A DNA stretch of 20,569 bases from Candidatus Heimdallarchaeota archaeon (GCA_030668825.1 DAOVET010000043.1:1-20569), one strand, 5' to 3'; shown: positions 1-8,725, numbered from the stretch's first letter. Made by a program: numbers and translations. Notes: generated from the sequence alone by a model not told the origin.

Positions 1-1599
1 TCAGATTGTGCTGGAAGGAAACTCAAACCAGAAGTTCTTTCGATAACTGTTGGTGATAAATCAATTAATGATCTCTCAAGATTCGCAGTGGATGATTTTC
101 TAGATTTCTTAACCAATTTGAAGCTCGATAAGATAAGAACTAAAATTGCAGAACGAATTCTAATAGAGCTTAGAAAAAGAGCTGAATATCTCGTAGATGT
201 AGGATTAAATTACTTAACTTTAGATAGAAGATCAAGCACACTATCAAATGGTGAAGCACAAAGAATAAGATTAGCGTCACAAATAGGTAGTGGATTAATA
301 GGAGTCACTTATGTGATCGATGAGCCAACGATCGGACTTCATCCCAGAGACATAGAAAATCTTCTCACTACTCTGAAACGATTAAGAGATAATGCTAACC
401 ATGTAATTGTTGTTGAACATGACGATATAATAATCAAAAACTCAGATATTCTTATCGAGCTTGGCCCTCTTGGAGGTGACCAAGGAGGAGAAGTTATAGC
501 GATAGGTCCAACTGAAGAACTTCTTAAAAGAGATGATATCTTAACGGCTGCTTATATTCAAGGAACAAAGAAAATAAAGACACCTAAGAAAAATAGGAAA
601 ACTGATTCATACATTGAAATTAAGGGTGCATCACAAAACAACTTGAAAAATATTGATATTAAGTTTGGTAAAGGTCTTATCACTGCAGTAACTGGAGTCT
701 CAGGTGCAGGCAAATCATCCTTAGTTATTGACACTCTTCAGAAATGTTTAGAGAAACAAGTTCATGGAAAAAAGACAGAAGTTGGTAAACATAAGTCAAT
801 TTCTGGATATGATGACCTTGATAAAGTAATAATCGTAGACCAATCGTCTTTAAGTAAATCAAGAAGATCTACTCCAGCTACTTATCTTGGAGTTTTTGAT
901 GAGATTAGACAATTCTTCGCAACATTACCAGAAGCTAAAGCTAAAGGATTAACTTCAGGTCATTTTAGTTTTAACACCTCAAAAGGTCAATGTCCTGAAT
1001 GTCGAGGATTGGGAGAAATAAGAATTGAGTTGCTCTTCCTATCAGACGTTTGGATTTTATGTCCTTTATGTAAAAGAAAAAGATACAAGAAAAAGATACT
1101 TTCTGTAAGATATAAGAAGAAAACAATTTCAGATATTTTGGAAATGACAGTTGAAGAAGCTGCAGAGCTGTTCTCTAATATTGAAAAAATACATCGACCA
1201 TTACAACTGGCTGTAGATGTAGGGCTAGGATATCTGAAGATGGGGCAACCTACAACAACAATTTCTGGTGGGGAGGCAGAACGTCTTAAAATAAGCAGAG
1301 AGCTTTCAAAACGAACCCATGATAAGAGCATCTATTTGCTCGATGAGCCTTCTCAAGGACTTCATTTCTATGATATAGATAAACTAATCTCTGTACTTCA
1401 CAGGTTAGCTGATGAAGAGAACACAGTTGTGATAATTGATCATAACATGGAAATTATTAAGCAGGCTGACAGAATAATTGATTTAGGTCCTGAAGGTGGT
1501 TCTAGAAATGGTGGATTTTTAGTTGCAGAAGGTACTGTTTCTGGCATAGTTACAGCTGAAAATGGTTATACTTGGAAATATTTAAAACAAGCACTTTAA
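1..1599 (+). CDS. uvrA: Excinuclease ABC subunit A, C-terminal part (5'-truncated by window edge)
   Basis: Frame is open from base 1 (SDCAGRKLKPEVLSITVGDKSINDL...), so the GTG at 88 is internal. Motifs: GLNYLTLDR, LSNGEAQRIRLASQIG, IDEPTIGLHPRD, VVEHD, Walker A GVSGAGKSS, FSFN..GQCPEC...CPLC zinc finger, GLGYL.MGQ, ISGGEAER, LDEPSQGLH, IDLGPEGG. Confidence 0.97.
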   Translation, partial: SDCAGRKLKPEVLSITVGDKSINDLSRFAVDDFLDFLTNLKLDKIRTKIAERILIELRKRAEYLVDVGLNYLTLDRRSSTLSNGEAQRIRLASQIGSGLIGVTYVIDEPTIGLHPRDIENLLTTLKRLRDNANHVIVVEHDDIIIKNSDILIELGPLGGDQGGEVIAIGPTEELLKRDDILTAAYIQGTKKIKTPKKNRKTDSYIEIKGASQNNLKNIDIKFGKGLITAVTGVSGAGKSSLVIDTLQKCLEKQVHGKKTEVGKHKSISGYDDLDKVIIVDQSSLSKSRRSTPATYLGVFDEIRQFFATLPEAKAKGLTSGHFSFNTSKGQCPECRGLGEIRIELLFLSDVWILCPLCKRKRYKKKILSVRYKKKTISDILEMTVEEAAELFSNIEKIHRPLQLAVDVGLGYLKMGQPTTTISGGEAERLKISRELSKRTHDKSIYLLDEPSQGLHFYDIDKLISVLHRLADEENTVVIIDHNMEIIKQADRIIDLGPEGGSRNGGFLVAEGTVSGIVTAENGYTWKYLKQAL

Positions 1600-1627
1600 A
1601 CAGAAAAAAAATAATCAAAACCTTATC

Positions 1628-1643
1628 CATAAAGTATTTATTT
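1628..1643 (+). promoter_or_regulatory. Putative archaeal BRE/TATA promoter for kynureninase
   Basis: CATAAAG-TA-TTTATTT, with the TATA-like element starting 25 nt upstream of the TTG at 1662. Confidence 0.4.
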
Positions 1644-1661
1644 CTTCCATTACTTTTCTAG

Positions 1662-2924
1662 TTGAAAGCTATGAGCGATTCTGGTGAATTTAGTGTAAAC
1701 ATGGCTAAAAAGATGGATTCAACAGACCCTTTAAGTCACTTTAAGGAAAGATTCTTCACCCCCACTGATACTACTTATCTAAATAGTAACTCTCTAGGAT
1801 TACTATCGAAGGATGCAGCAACTACTCTTCTTCGTGTTCTTGATGAATGGAAAACCCTAGGTGTTCAAGGATGGATTCATGAAGATAATCCATGGTTTTA
1901 TCAAGCAGAAAAACTTGGAGCTAAAGCAGCTTCTCTAGTAGGAGCTAAACCTGAAGAAGTTGTAGCTACTGGTACTACAACAATTAATCTTCATTCACTA
2001 GTTAGCACTTTTTATCAACCATTAGAGGAAAGAAACAAGATTCTCGCTGATGAACTCAATTTTCCTACTGATATCTATGCTTTACAAAGTCAAGTGAAAC
2101 TCAAAAATCTTGATCCCAACAAACATCTTAAACTAATAAAAAGTGAGGATGGAAAATTCCTTGATGAAGCGAAAATTAAGCGGATGATTACTAAAGATGT
2201 TGCTTTGGTAATTTTACCTTCAGTTCTTTTCAGGAGTGGCCAATTATTAGATATCGAAGGAATTACAGAAAATGCTCATAAAAAAGATGTTTTGATTGGC
2301 TGGGATTGCTCTCACTCAGTTGGTGTTGTTCCCCACCAATTTGATGAATGGGAAATTGATTTTGCTTTCTGGTGTTCGTACAAATATCTTAACGCAGGTC
2401 CTGGATCTAGTGCTTTCATATATGTTAATGAGAAACATTTTGATAAAGATGCAGCTTTAACAGGATGGTTCGGTTATGTCAAAGAGAAGCAATTCGAAAT
2501 GAATCTGCATTTTGAACAATCTAAAAACGCAGGTGGTTGGCAGATCTCTTCTCCAGCAATTTTAGGGTCAGCAGCTTTAGAAGGATCCTTGGATCTTATA
2601 CTTAAAGCAGGAATAGAAAATATTCGAGAAAAATCACTGAAGATGACATCGTATCTTATTTATCTGGTGGACAATTTGCTTACAGAAGAACCTTATAATT
2701 TCAAACTTGGAACGCCTAGATTACCTAATCAAAGGGGAGGGCATATAGCTCTTGAACATGAAGAAGCTATGTCCATTCATGAGGAGTTAATGGAGCATAA
2801 CGTGATTCATGACTTTCGTCCTCCAAATTTCTTAAGATTTACACCTTCCCCCTTGAGTAATAGTTATGAAGATGTCTGGAAGTTAGTTAACACTCTTCGA
2901 AAAATAATAGATAAAAGTGGATAA
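1662..2924 (+). CDS. kynU: Kynureninase (PLP-dependent, aminotransferase class V fold)
   Basis: YLNSNSLGL, NFPTDIY, WDCSHSVG, PLP-lysine motif WCSYKYLNAGPGS, GWFG, GWQISSP, RGGH, DFRPP..LRF.P.PL. The start could be TTG 1662 or ATG 1671. Confidence 0.93.
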   Translation: MKAMSDSGEFSVNMAKKMDSTDPLSHFKERFFTPTDTTYLNSNSLGLLSKDAATTLLRVLDEWKTLGVQGWIHEDNPWFYQAEKLGAKAASLVGAKPEEVVATGTTTINLHSLVSTFYQPLEERNKILADELNFPTDIYALQSQVKLKNLDPNKHLKLIKSEDGKFLDEAKIKRMITKDVALVILPSVLFRSGQLLDIEGITENAHKKDVLIGWDCSHSVGVVPHQFDEWEIDFAFWCSYKYLNAGPGSSAFIYVNEKHFDKDAALTGWFGYVKEKQFEMNLHFEQSKNAGGWQISSPAILGSAALEGSLDLILKAGIENIREKSLKMTSYLIYLVDNLLTEEPYNFKLGTPRLPNQRGGHIALEHEEAMSIHEELMEHNVIHDFRPPNFLRFTPSPLSNSYEDVWKLVNTLRKIIDKSG

Positions 2925-2986
2925 ATAAACTCAATTTAGTTTCTAAAGATTTATTACTACATGAAACTTCTTGAAATTGATAAGGG

Positions 2987-3976
2987 ATGTTAGCTGTTGA
3001 GACTAGAAACTTAACTAAAGATTATGATATTAAAAAAGAGGGAAAAAGAGCTCACCTACGAGCAGTCGATGGTCTTGATTTGGCAATAGAAAAATCAGAG
3101 ATCTATAGTCTTCTTGGACCAAATGGAGCAGGTAAAACCACTACTACACGCCTTTTAGCTGGAATTTTACGACCTTCTATTGGTGGAGCTCGAATTCTTG
3201 GACTTGATGTTGTAGACGATGCTTCTCAAGTAAGAAGTATAGTAGGTCTTCTAACTGAAACTCCCGCACTTTATGAAAGATTGACAGTGCGTCAAAATTT
3301 AACATTTATTGCTAACTTATATGATGTTCCTAAAGAGGAAATCAAACAAAGAATCGAAGAATTAATTGATCTTTTTGATTTACCGGATAAAATTGACTTA
3401 CCTGCCGGTTCACTAAGTAAAGGTATGAGACAGAAGGTAGCTATTGCTAGATCGATGATACATGACCCACCTGTAATTTTTCTAGATGAACCTACTGCAT
3501 CACTAGCTCCTGAATCTGCTAAGATAGTAAGAGATCAAATTTTGAAGTTATCAAAACTAGAAAAACGAACTTTCTTCTTATGTACCCACAATCTCTTTGA
3601 AGCTGAAATACTTTCTACAAGAGTTGGAATAATTAATCATGGAAAACTAATCTCTGAGGGAACTCCAAATCAGCTTCGTGATTTAAAGAAAGATGAAACA
3701 ACAACGGTTTTCAGGTTTGCAGTCTGGAATGATATCATCAAAAACTTCTTCCAGGAAAGGAATTATGATGTTTTAGATATTAATCCTGAAAGAAAATCTA
3801 TCTCTATCTTCATCAAAGAAATAGAAAAGGAAACACCTACAATTATTGATGAACTGATCAAACAGAATTTTCCTATGTTTGAAGTTAAGCACGAATATCC
3901 GACATTAGAGCGAGTATATCTGGAACTAGTGCAAAGTGAAAATCTTCCACGAAACCAAGAGGAGGAAGAATCATGA
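2987..3976 (+). CDS. ABC transporter ATP-binding protein (DrrA/ABC-2 exporter type)
   Basis: Walker A GPNGAGKTT, signature LSKGMRQK, Walker B FLDEPT, H-loop CTH, C-terminal PTLERVYL. Confidence 0.95.
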   Translation: MLAVETRNLTKDYDIKKEGKRAHLRAVDGLDLAIEKSEIYSLLGPNGAGKTTTTRLLAGILRPSIGGARILGLDVVDDASQVRSIVGLLTETPALYERLTVRQNLTFIANLYDVPKEEIKQRIEELIDLFDLPDKIDLPAGSLSKGMRQKVAIARSMIHDPPVIFLDEPTASLAPESAKIVRDQILKLSKLEKRTFFLCTHNLFEAEILSTRVGIINHGKLISEGTPNQLRDLKKDETTTVFRFAVWNDIIKNFFQERNYDVLDINPERKSISIFIKEIEKETPTIIDELIKQNFPMFEVKHEYPTLERVYLELVQSENLPRNQEEEES

Positions 3977-4794
3977 AGTGGAGAAGAATCTGGGCTTTAG
4001 TCAAAAAGGATCTTATAGAGTTTACGAAATCTAAATATGTTCTTTCAGCTATAATAGGAATCCCTCTAATTTTTGCTGTTCTGATCCCATTAAGTGGGCT
4101 GTTACCCATTGCTAATATCAATCCAGGTGAGTTTGAAGGAGACGATACTTTTCCTGATTTTATTAACAACTTATTCGCGTCTACTGTTGATGATTGGGAA
4201 TCGCTGAATATGCATGCTCAAACCCTAATCATGATGGCATATTTTATGTTCGTGATGGTTTTAATGCTTCCTATAATTATTCCTGCAATAACAGCTTCTG
4301 AAACGATTGTTGGAGAAAAGGAGAGAAAGACTATGGAAGCTATTTTGGCATCTCCTATAACAGAAACTGAGATAGTTTTTGCTAAAATCACTTCATCATT
4401 AATTCCTTCAATCTTTGCAACATTCGTTGCAGCTGGAGGGTATATGATAATTACAGACATACTGATCTATCCTTTCATAGGTCAGATTCTATTTCCTGAC
4501 TTCCTGTCCATTATTTTTGTACTAGTTTTTGGACCAATGATTTCAATTGTTAGTGTAGAGTTAATGATCATGATTTCAACAAAAGTAAAGAGTGTTAGAG
4601 ATTCATATCAGATAGGATCTCTAGTAGTTCTGCCATTAATTTTTCTAATTGTTGCTGGAATGCTTAGTTTTTTCTTCAATTCTATTGCTACACTTATTGG
4701 AGGAACAGCAGTAATGGCAGTAATTATCATCATTCTTTTTAAATTAGCAACTAATATCTTTAATAGAGAAAAAGCTATTATAAAGATGATTTGA
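3973..4794 (+). CDS. ABC-2 type transporter permease
   Basis: N-terminal IWALVKKDL, about six hydrophobic helices, conserved GEKERKTMEAILASP. Overlaps the ATPase by ATGA and has a GAGGAGG Shine-Dalgarno. Confidence 0.92.
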   Translation: MKWRRIWALVKKDLIEFTKSKYVLSAIIGIPLIFAVLIPLSGLLPIANINPGEFEGDDTFPDFINNLFASTVDDWESLNMHAQTLIMMAYFMFVMVLMLPIIIPAITASETIVGEKERKTMEAILASPITETEIVFAKITSSLIPSIFATFVAAGGYMIITDILIYPFIGQILFPDFLSIIFVLVFGPMISIVSVELMIMISTKVKSVRDSYQIGSLVVLPLIFLIVAGMLSFFFNSIATLIGGTAVMAVIIIILFKLATNIFNREKAIIKMI

Positions 4795-4808
4795 TGGAAA
4801 ATTAGACC

Positions 4809-4824
4809 CTCTTTCCTTTTTTGT
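4809..4824 (+). terminator. Oligo-T/pyrimidine tract between convergent genes
   Basis: CTCTTTCCTTTTTTGT shortly after the permease stop; typical archaeal U-rich terminator. Confidence 0.45.
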
Positions 4825-5331
4825 TTATTCTTTCCATTTGTTATAATGTAATCTATTTTCGTCATAACGATCAGCAGGAGGTTTATCTTCTGCAGAGTAG
4901 CCTATAGGTATGAAAGAGACAGGGTAAACTTCTTTTGGTAAGCTAAACAGTTCTTGGAATTTTTCATATAAATCTTGCTTTGGATAAATTCCACACCAAA
5001 CACTACCCAACCCTAAAGAATTTGCAGCTAAAAGAATATTTTGAGATGCAGCTGCACAGTCTTGTACCCAAAAACCTCTAGTATCTGTACGTCTTGTATC
5101 ACCACATACAATGATTGCAACTGAAGCTTCTTGGGCCATTTTCGCATACGGGTGAATTTCTGGTATTTTATCTAATAATTTTCTATCCTTCACAATTATG
5201 AAATCCCAAGGTTGTTTATTACCAGCGGAAGGAGCGCTCATTGCTGCTTTAAGGATAGCATCTATATCATCATCAGATACAGGAGTACTAAGGTATTTTC
5301 TGATACTTCTTCTTGTAAGAATATTTTCCAT
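4825..5331 (-). CDS. Nitroreductase family protein (FMN-binding)
   Basis: ILTRRSIRKY, APSAGNKQPWDFIIV, DCAAASQNILLAANSLGLGSVW, IPIGY. Confidence 0.95.
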   Translation of the reverse strand: MENILTRRSIRKYLSTPVSDDDIDAILKAAMSAPSAGNKQPWDFIIVKDRKLLDKIPEIHPYAKMAQEASVAIIVCGDTRRTDTRGFWVQDCAAASQNILLAANSLGLGSVWCGIYPKQDLYEKFQELFSLPKEVYPVSFIPIGYSAEDKPPADRYDENRLHYNKWKE

Positions 5332-5362
5332 GAAACCACGTTATTAACAAAAAAAAACCGGA

Positions 5363-5370
5363 TATATAAA
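5363..5370 (-). promoter_or_regulatory. TATA box for nitroreductase
   Basis: Minus strand reads TTTATATA, 31 nt upstream of the ATG at 5331. Confidence 0.5.
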
Positions 5371-5435
5371 AAACTTACATTGGAACGACTAAATCTAGCA
5401 CAAACTACAAAAATGAGTAAACTTTCTTAATCTAT

Positions 5436-6362
5436 ATGAAAGTGGGGCTTTCCATCCCAATACGAATGTCAGGAGAAGAAAAGGAAATTTTTGCTCATGA
5501 CGCTAAATCAATTGGTATTGAGAGTATTTGGGTAGGAGACAATCCACCAATAAATAATGCCTTTTTGGATATTGGAAGATTATTGAAGGGTGTTAAGGAT
5601 ATTGAAATCTGGACAGGTATAACCTCTCCTTTCTATTATTCTCTAGAAGTACTTTTTGCCTTAAGTGTCTGGTTTAGCAATAATTTTCCTAATAGATTTG
5701 GATTAGGTTTAGGAATTGGAAATCCAGATGCTTTCAAAGATGAAGATATTTCTCAAAAACCCTTTAGTAATTTTAAGAGTTCTATAAATAAGCTACTTGA
5801 AATTGCAAACATCAGAAAAACGCAATTGGAGTTAAATGATTTCCCCCCACTGGCTTTTGGTGGTCTTGGGAATAAGATGTTAAACTATGCAAAAGAGAAA
5901 GCAGAATATTTACTACTTAATAGTATAGCTGATGTTGATATCAACCGAGCATTAAATGTATACAAAAAAGATGATAGTCACTCAAATAAATCGATAATAC
6001 CCTATGGAATGATGCAAATACAATCAAATAAGCAAGAAATTTCCAAAACCTTGTGGAATATAACTAAGGATATAGCTAAAAGCTGTTCAACATCGATTTT
6101 GAAAGAACATGGTTATTCTTCACAAATGATAAGAGAGATTCGGGAACTTAAAAGGGAGCAATATACTTCTGTTCCAAAGGGTGAAATATTAAAGATTGTA
6201 AATGATTTTGGTATTATGGGGTCATTGGAAGAAATACTTGAGAGGATGGAACTAATTAAAGAGTTCCAGAATAATAAACTAGTTAATAGGGTTGTATTAG
6301 GTTGGTTATATTCTGAGAATCAATGGGATTCACTAAAAGAAATTGTCAAATTTCTGAAATAA
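5436..6362 (+). CDS. Divergent luciferase-like (LLM class, Mer-like) flavin/F420-dependent oxidoreductase homolog
   Basis: MKVGL.., A...GIESIWVGD, TGITSPF, RFGLGLGIG, PPLAFGGLGNKML..A.E.A, GIMGS.EEI.ER follow the LLM TIM-barrel pattern; several conserved residues are altered. Confidence 0.72.
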   Translation: MKVGLSIPIRMSGEEKEIFAHDAKSIGIESIWVGDNPPINNAFLDIGRLLKGVKDIEIWTGITSPFYYSLEVLFALSVWFSNNFPNRFGLGLGIGNPDAFKDEDISQKPFSNFKSSINKLLEIANIRKTQLELNDFPPLAFGGLGNKMLNYAKEKAEYLLLNSIADVDINRALNVYKKDDSHSNKSIIPYGMMQIQSNKQEISKTLWNITKDIAKSCSTSILKEHGYSSQMIREIRELKREQYTSVPKGEILKIVNDFGIMGSLEEILERMELIKEFQNNKLVNRVVLGWLYSENQWDSLKEIVKFLK

Positions 6363-6363
6363 C

Positions 6364-7161
6364 TCATTTTTTTAGAAATTTATGAAGAATTTCCAGATCT
6401 TTCCATATCAGTGTAGGAGATATTTCACTTTTTTCTAATTGCTCTCTTTGAGTTTCTCCTGTAAGTACTAGTGCACTATTAATTCCCACAGAATTAGCCA
6501 TTTTAATATCAGTTTCAAGTCTATCTCCAATAACTAGAACTTCTGAAAAACCTACTTGTGAATTGCTTAAGCAGAGTTTCAAAATCATTTCATTGGGTTT
6601 TCCGAAGATAATATCAGCTGTTCTACTTGTTGCTTGTTCAAACATTTTCAAGAATGAACCTACATCTGGAACCTTACCATTCTCAACTGGACAAGTATCG
6701 TCAGGATGTGTTGCAAAGAAAGGAATTACAGGTTTCTCTTGTAACAAAATAGCTGTTTTAGCGATTTTTTCATAAGTTAGAGTCTTGTCGAAACCCAGAA
6801 CTATCGCTTTAGGATTTACCTCAGTGTTGAATACTCCAGCATTTTCAAAGTCTTCAATCATTGAAGGAGTACCTACAATATAGCATTGTTCATAGTGATT
6901 TTTCAACAAATAATCAATGGTTGCTTGTGTGGAAGTGTAAATGTTTGAGTAAACCAGTTCAACACCTAAAACTCGCTCTAATCTTTCTTTATTTTCAGCT
7001 ATAGAATATGAAGAATTGTTTGAAAGAATAGTAAAATCCAGTTCTTTTTCTTGAATTAATTTGATGACTTTAGAAGCATAAGGAAGAACTTTGTTACTTA
7101 ACAGAAGTGTGCCATCTACATCAAAAATAAAATATTTAACTTGTTGAAGTAAGTTCTTCAA
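6364..7161 (-). CDS. HAD-IIA family phosphatase (NagD-like)
   Basis: Motif I FDVDGTL, motif II LSNNS, motif III GKP, motif IV IGDRLETDI, VLTG. TTG start preceded by AAGGTG Shine-Dalgarno. Confidence 0.95.
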   Translation of the reverse strand: MKNLLQQVKYFIFDVDGTLLLSNKVLPYASKVIKLIQEKELDFTILSNNSSYSIAENKERLERVLGVELVYSNIYTSTQATIDYLLKNHYEQCYIVGTPSMIEDFENAGVFNTEVNPKAIVLGFDKTLTYEKIAKTAILLQEKPVIPFFATHPDDTCPVENGKVPDVGSFLKMFEQATSRTADIIFGKPNEMILKLCLSNSQVGFSEVLVIGDRLETDIKMANSVGINSALVLTGETQREQLEKSEISPTLIWKDLEILHKFLKK

Positions 7162-7178
7162 ACTTTTTACACCTTAGA

Positions 7179-8663
7179 TCAATCTTCTGTTGGAGGAGAA
7201 GGTATTTCGATTTCTTCATCTGAGATTGTCTCTTCTATTTTTTCCTCTCTCACTTTTTCTTTTTTGGGTTTCTTTTCCTTCTTTATTCTAGGTTCTTTAG
7301 CTTCTTTTCCTTCTTTGTCTGATGTGAAAAGATTCTTAGTACCAACATAGGCTTTCTTGCTATAATCACCTATTTTCTTACTAGATTTTACTGTTACATC
7401 TTTGGTCTTATTGTAAGCTGGAGCCAATTTCCTACCAATGTTTTCTGTAATTTCACCAATTTTCATTGTCTTCCATCTTAGCATCATATCGTCTTTGTAA
7501 GTTGTTCCTTCGATTTCATCTAAAACAGCTAGAATTTCTTCTATCATTGGAGTTGTAAATTCAACACCCAAAGGCATCTTAAGTTTCCCTAGAGGACTAA
7601 GTTCAAAAACAGGAAAGCCTTCCTCTACTTTAGTTTTAAACGCACCTTTTCGTTTGATTTTGAGCATCTCTATAACTTCGTAAATCTCCTCTCCATTAGA
7701 TTCAGCTATCGCTTTGAGTGCATTTATTCTTTCTATTTGTGAAGAAAGTCGAGTAGTTTTTGTTCGAAGACTCTCAATAATAAGTCCTAGACTATTCTTA
7801 TGTTCCTCAAAAGTAATTGAGAGATTTTTAAAATTAGTGGAAAATTCCTTAGATATACCTCTTTTGGGGAGATTTACTTTAAGAAGAATCATTTTCTCAA
7901 GTTTTTCCGTGGCATTGGTGACATATTCATCGCCCTTAAGGACTAATTCACTAGAAGCTTCCACTTCAAACTCATTATTTATTACATTTCCATCTTCAAT
8001 ATACATCTCAGCTTCTTCTGAAAGCATCTGCATCTTACAAGTTCGTAAAATCAAATCATAGGCTGTTACTTGTTCTTCTACTTCAGTTAATCTTTCATCT
8101 AAGTAAGAATAAAATTCTGAAACATCAAAAGAACCAGATAATAACTTGTTGTACTCATCTCTGATTCCACTAATTTTATTGACTATCTCCCCTATAGTTT
8201 CCCCATATAGTTGACCTTTTTCTAGAATTTCATCAAAAGACAAATCTTTCATGAAGGAGAGTTTGCTGGATATCTCATCCTTAAATCGTGGGATCATTTC
8301 CTCAATGTATTTTTTCCTTTTTGACATTAATACGGTATCAAGTCGCTGAATATCATTCTTTAATCTATTTTCTCTCATTTCTAACTTAGTAAATTGACCA
8401 TAAACTAATTCATTCAGAAGATAATCATTGACGTACTTATCAACAAGCTTGTCTGCATCTTTTGTGAGAGGTCTAATCTGAGTATATTGATCAATAATTC
8501 TCATATAATGTGAATTTATTTCTTCAAAAGTATAGAGCGAACTATCCTTAAAGATGTCTTTTGAATTCTCAACATCAAAATCAACAGTTCTAAGAAGTAA
8601 ATCAGCAGCTGTTTTTACTTCCTTTACTTTTTTAGGTAAAGGTCGAAGAGTGCCTGGTATCAT
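7179..8663 (-). CDS. Hypothetical alpha-helical/coiled-coil protein with charged low-complexity tail
   Basis: 494-aa ORF, E/K/L/I-rich, no recognised catalytic motif. Lys-rich then acidic C-terminus ending EEIEIPSPPTED. Confidence 0.8.
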   Translation of the reverse strand: MIPGTLRPLPKKVKEVKTAADLLLRTVDFDVENSKDIFKDSSLYTFEEINSHYMRIIDQYTQIRPLTKDADKLVDKYVNDYLLNELVYGQFTKLEMRENRLKNDIQRLDTVLMSKRKKYIEEMIPRFKDEISSKLSFMKDLSFDEILEKGQLYGETIGEIVNKISGIRDEYNKLLSGSFDVSEFYSYLDERLTEVEEQVTAYDLILRTCKMQMLSEEAEMYIEDGNVINNEFEVEASSELVLKGDEYVTNATEKLEKMILLKVNLPKRGISKEFSTNFKNLSITFEEHKNSLGLIIESLRTKTTRLSSQIERINALKAIAESNGEEIYEVIEMLKIKRKGAFKTKVEEGFPVFELSPLGKLKMPLGVEFTTPMIEEILAVLDEIEGTTYKDDMMLRWKTMKIGEITENIGRKLAPAYNKTKDVTVKSSKKIGDYSKKAYVGTKNLFTSDKEGKEAKEPRIKKEKKPKKEKVREEKIEETISDEEIEIPSPPTED

Positions 8664-8725
8664 TAAACTAATGTTACGGACATTATTGAAAAATCTTGTG
8701 AAAGCTTCTGTTAAATTGTACCTTC

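Noticed and set aside
88-90. GTG start for a 503-aa ABC ATPase
   Set aside because: The frame is open to base 1 and encodes UvrA-like sequence, so the gene starts outside the window. It is neither a short gene nor a pseudogene.
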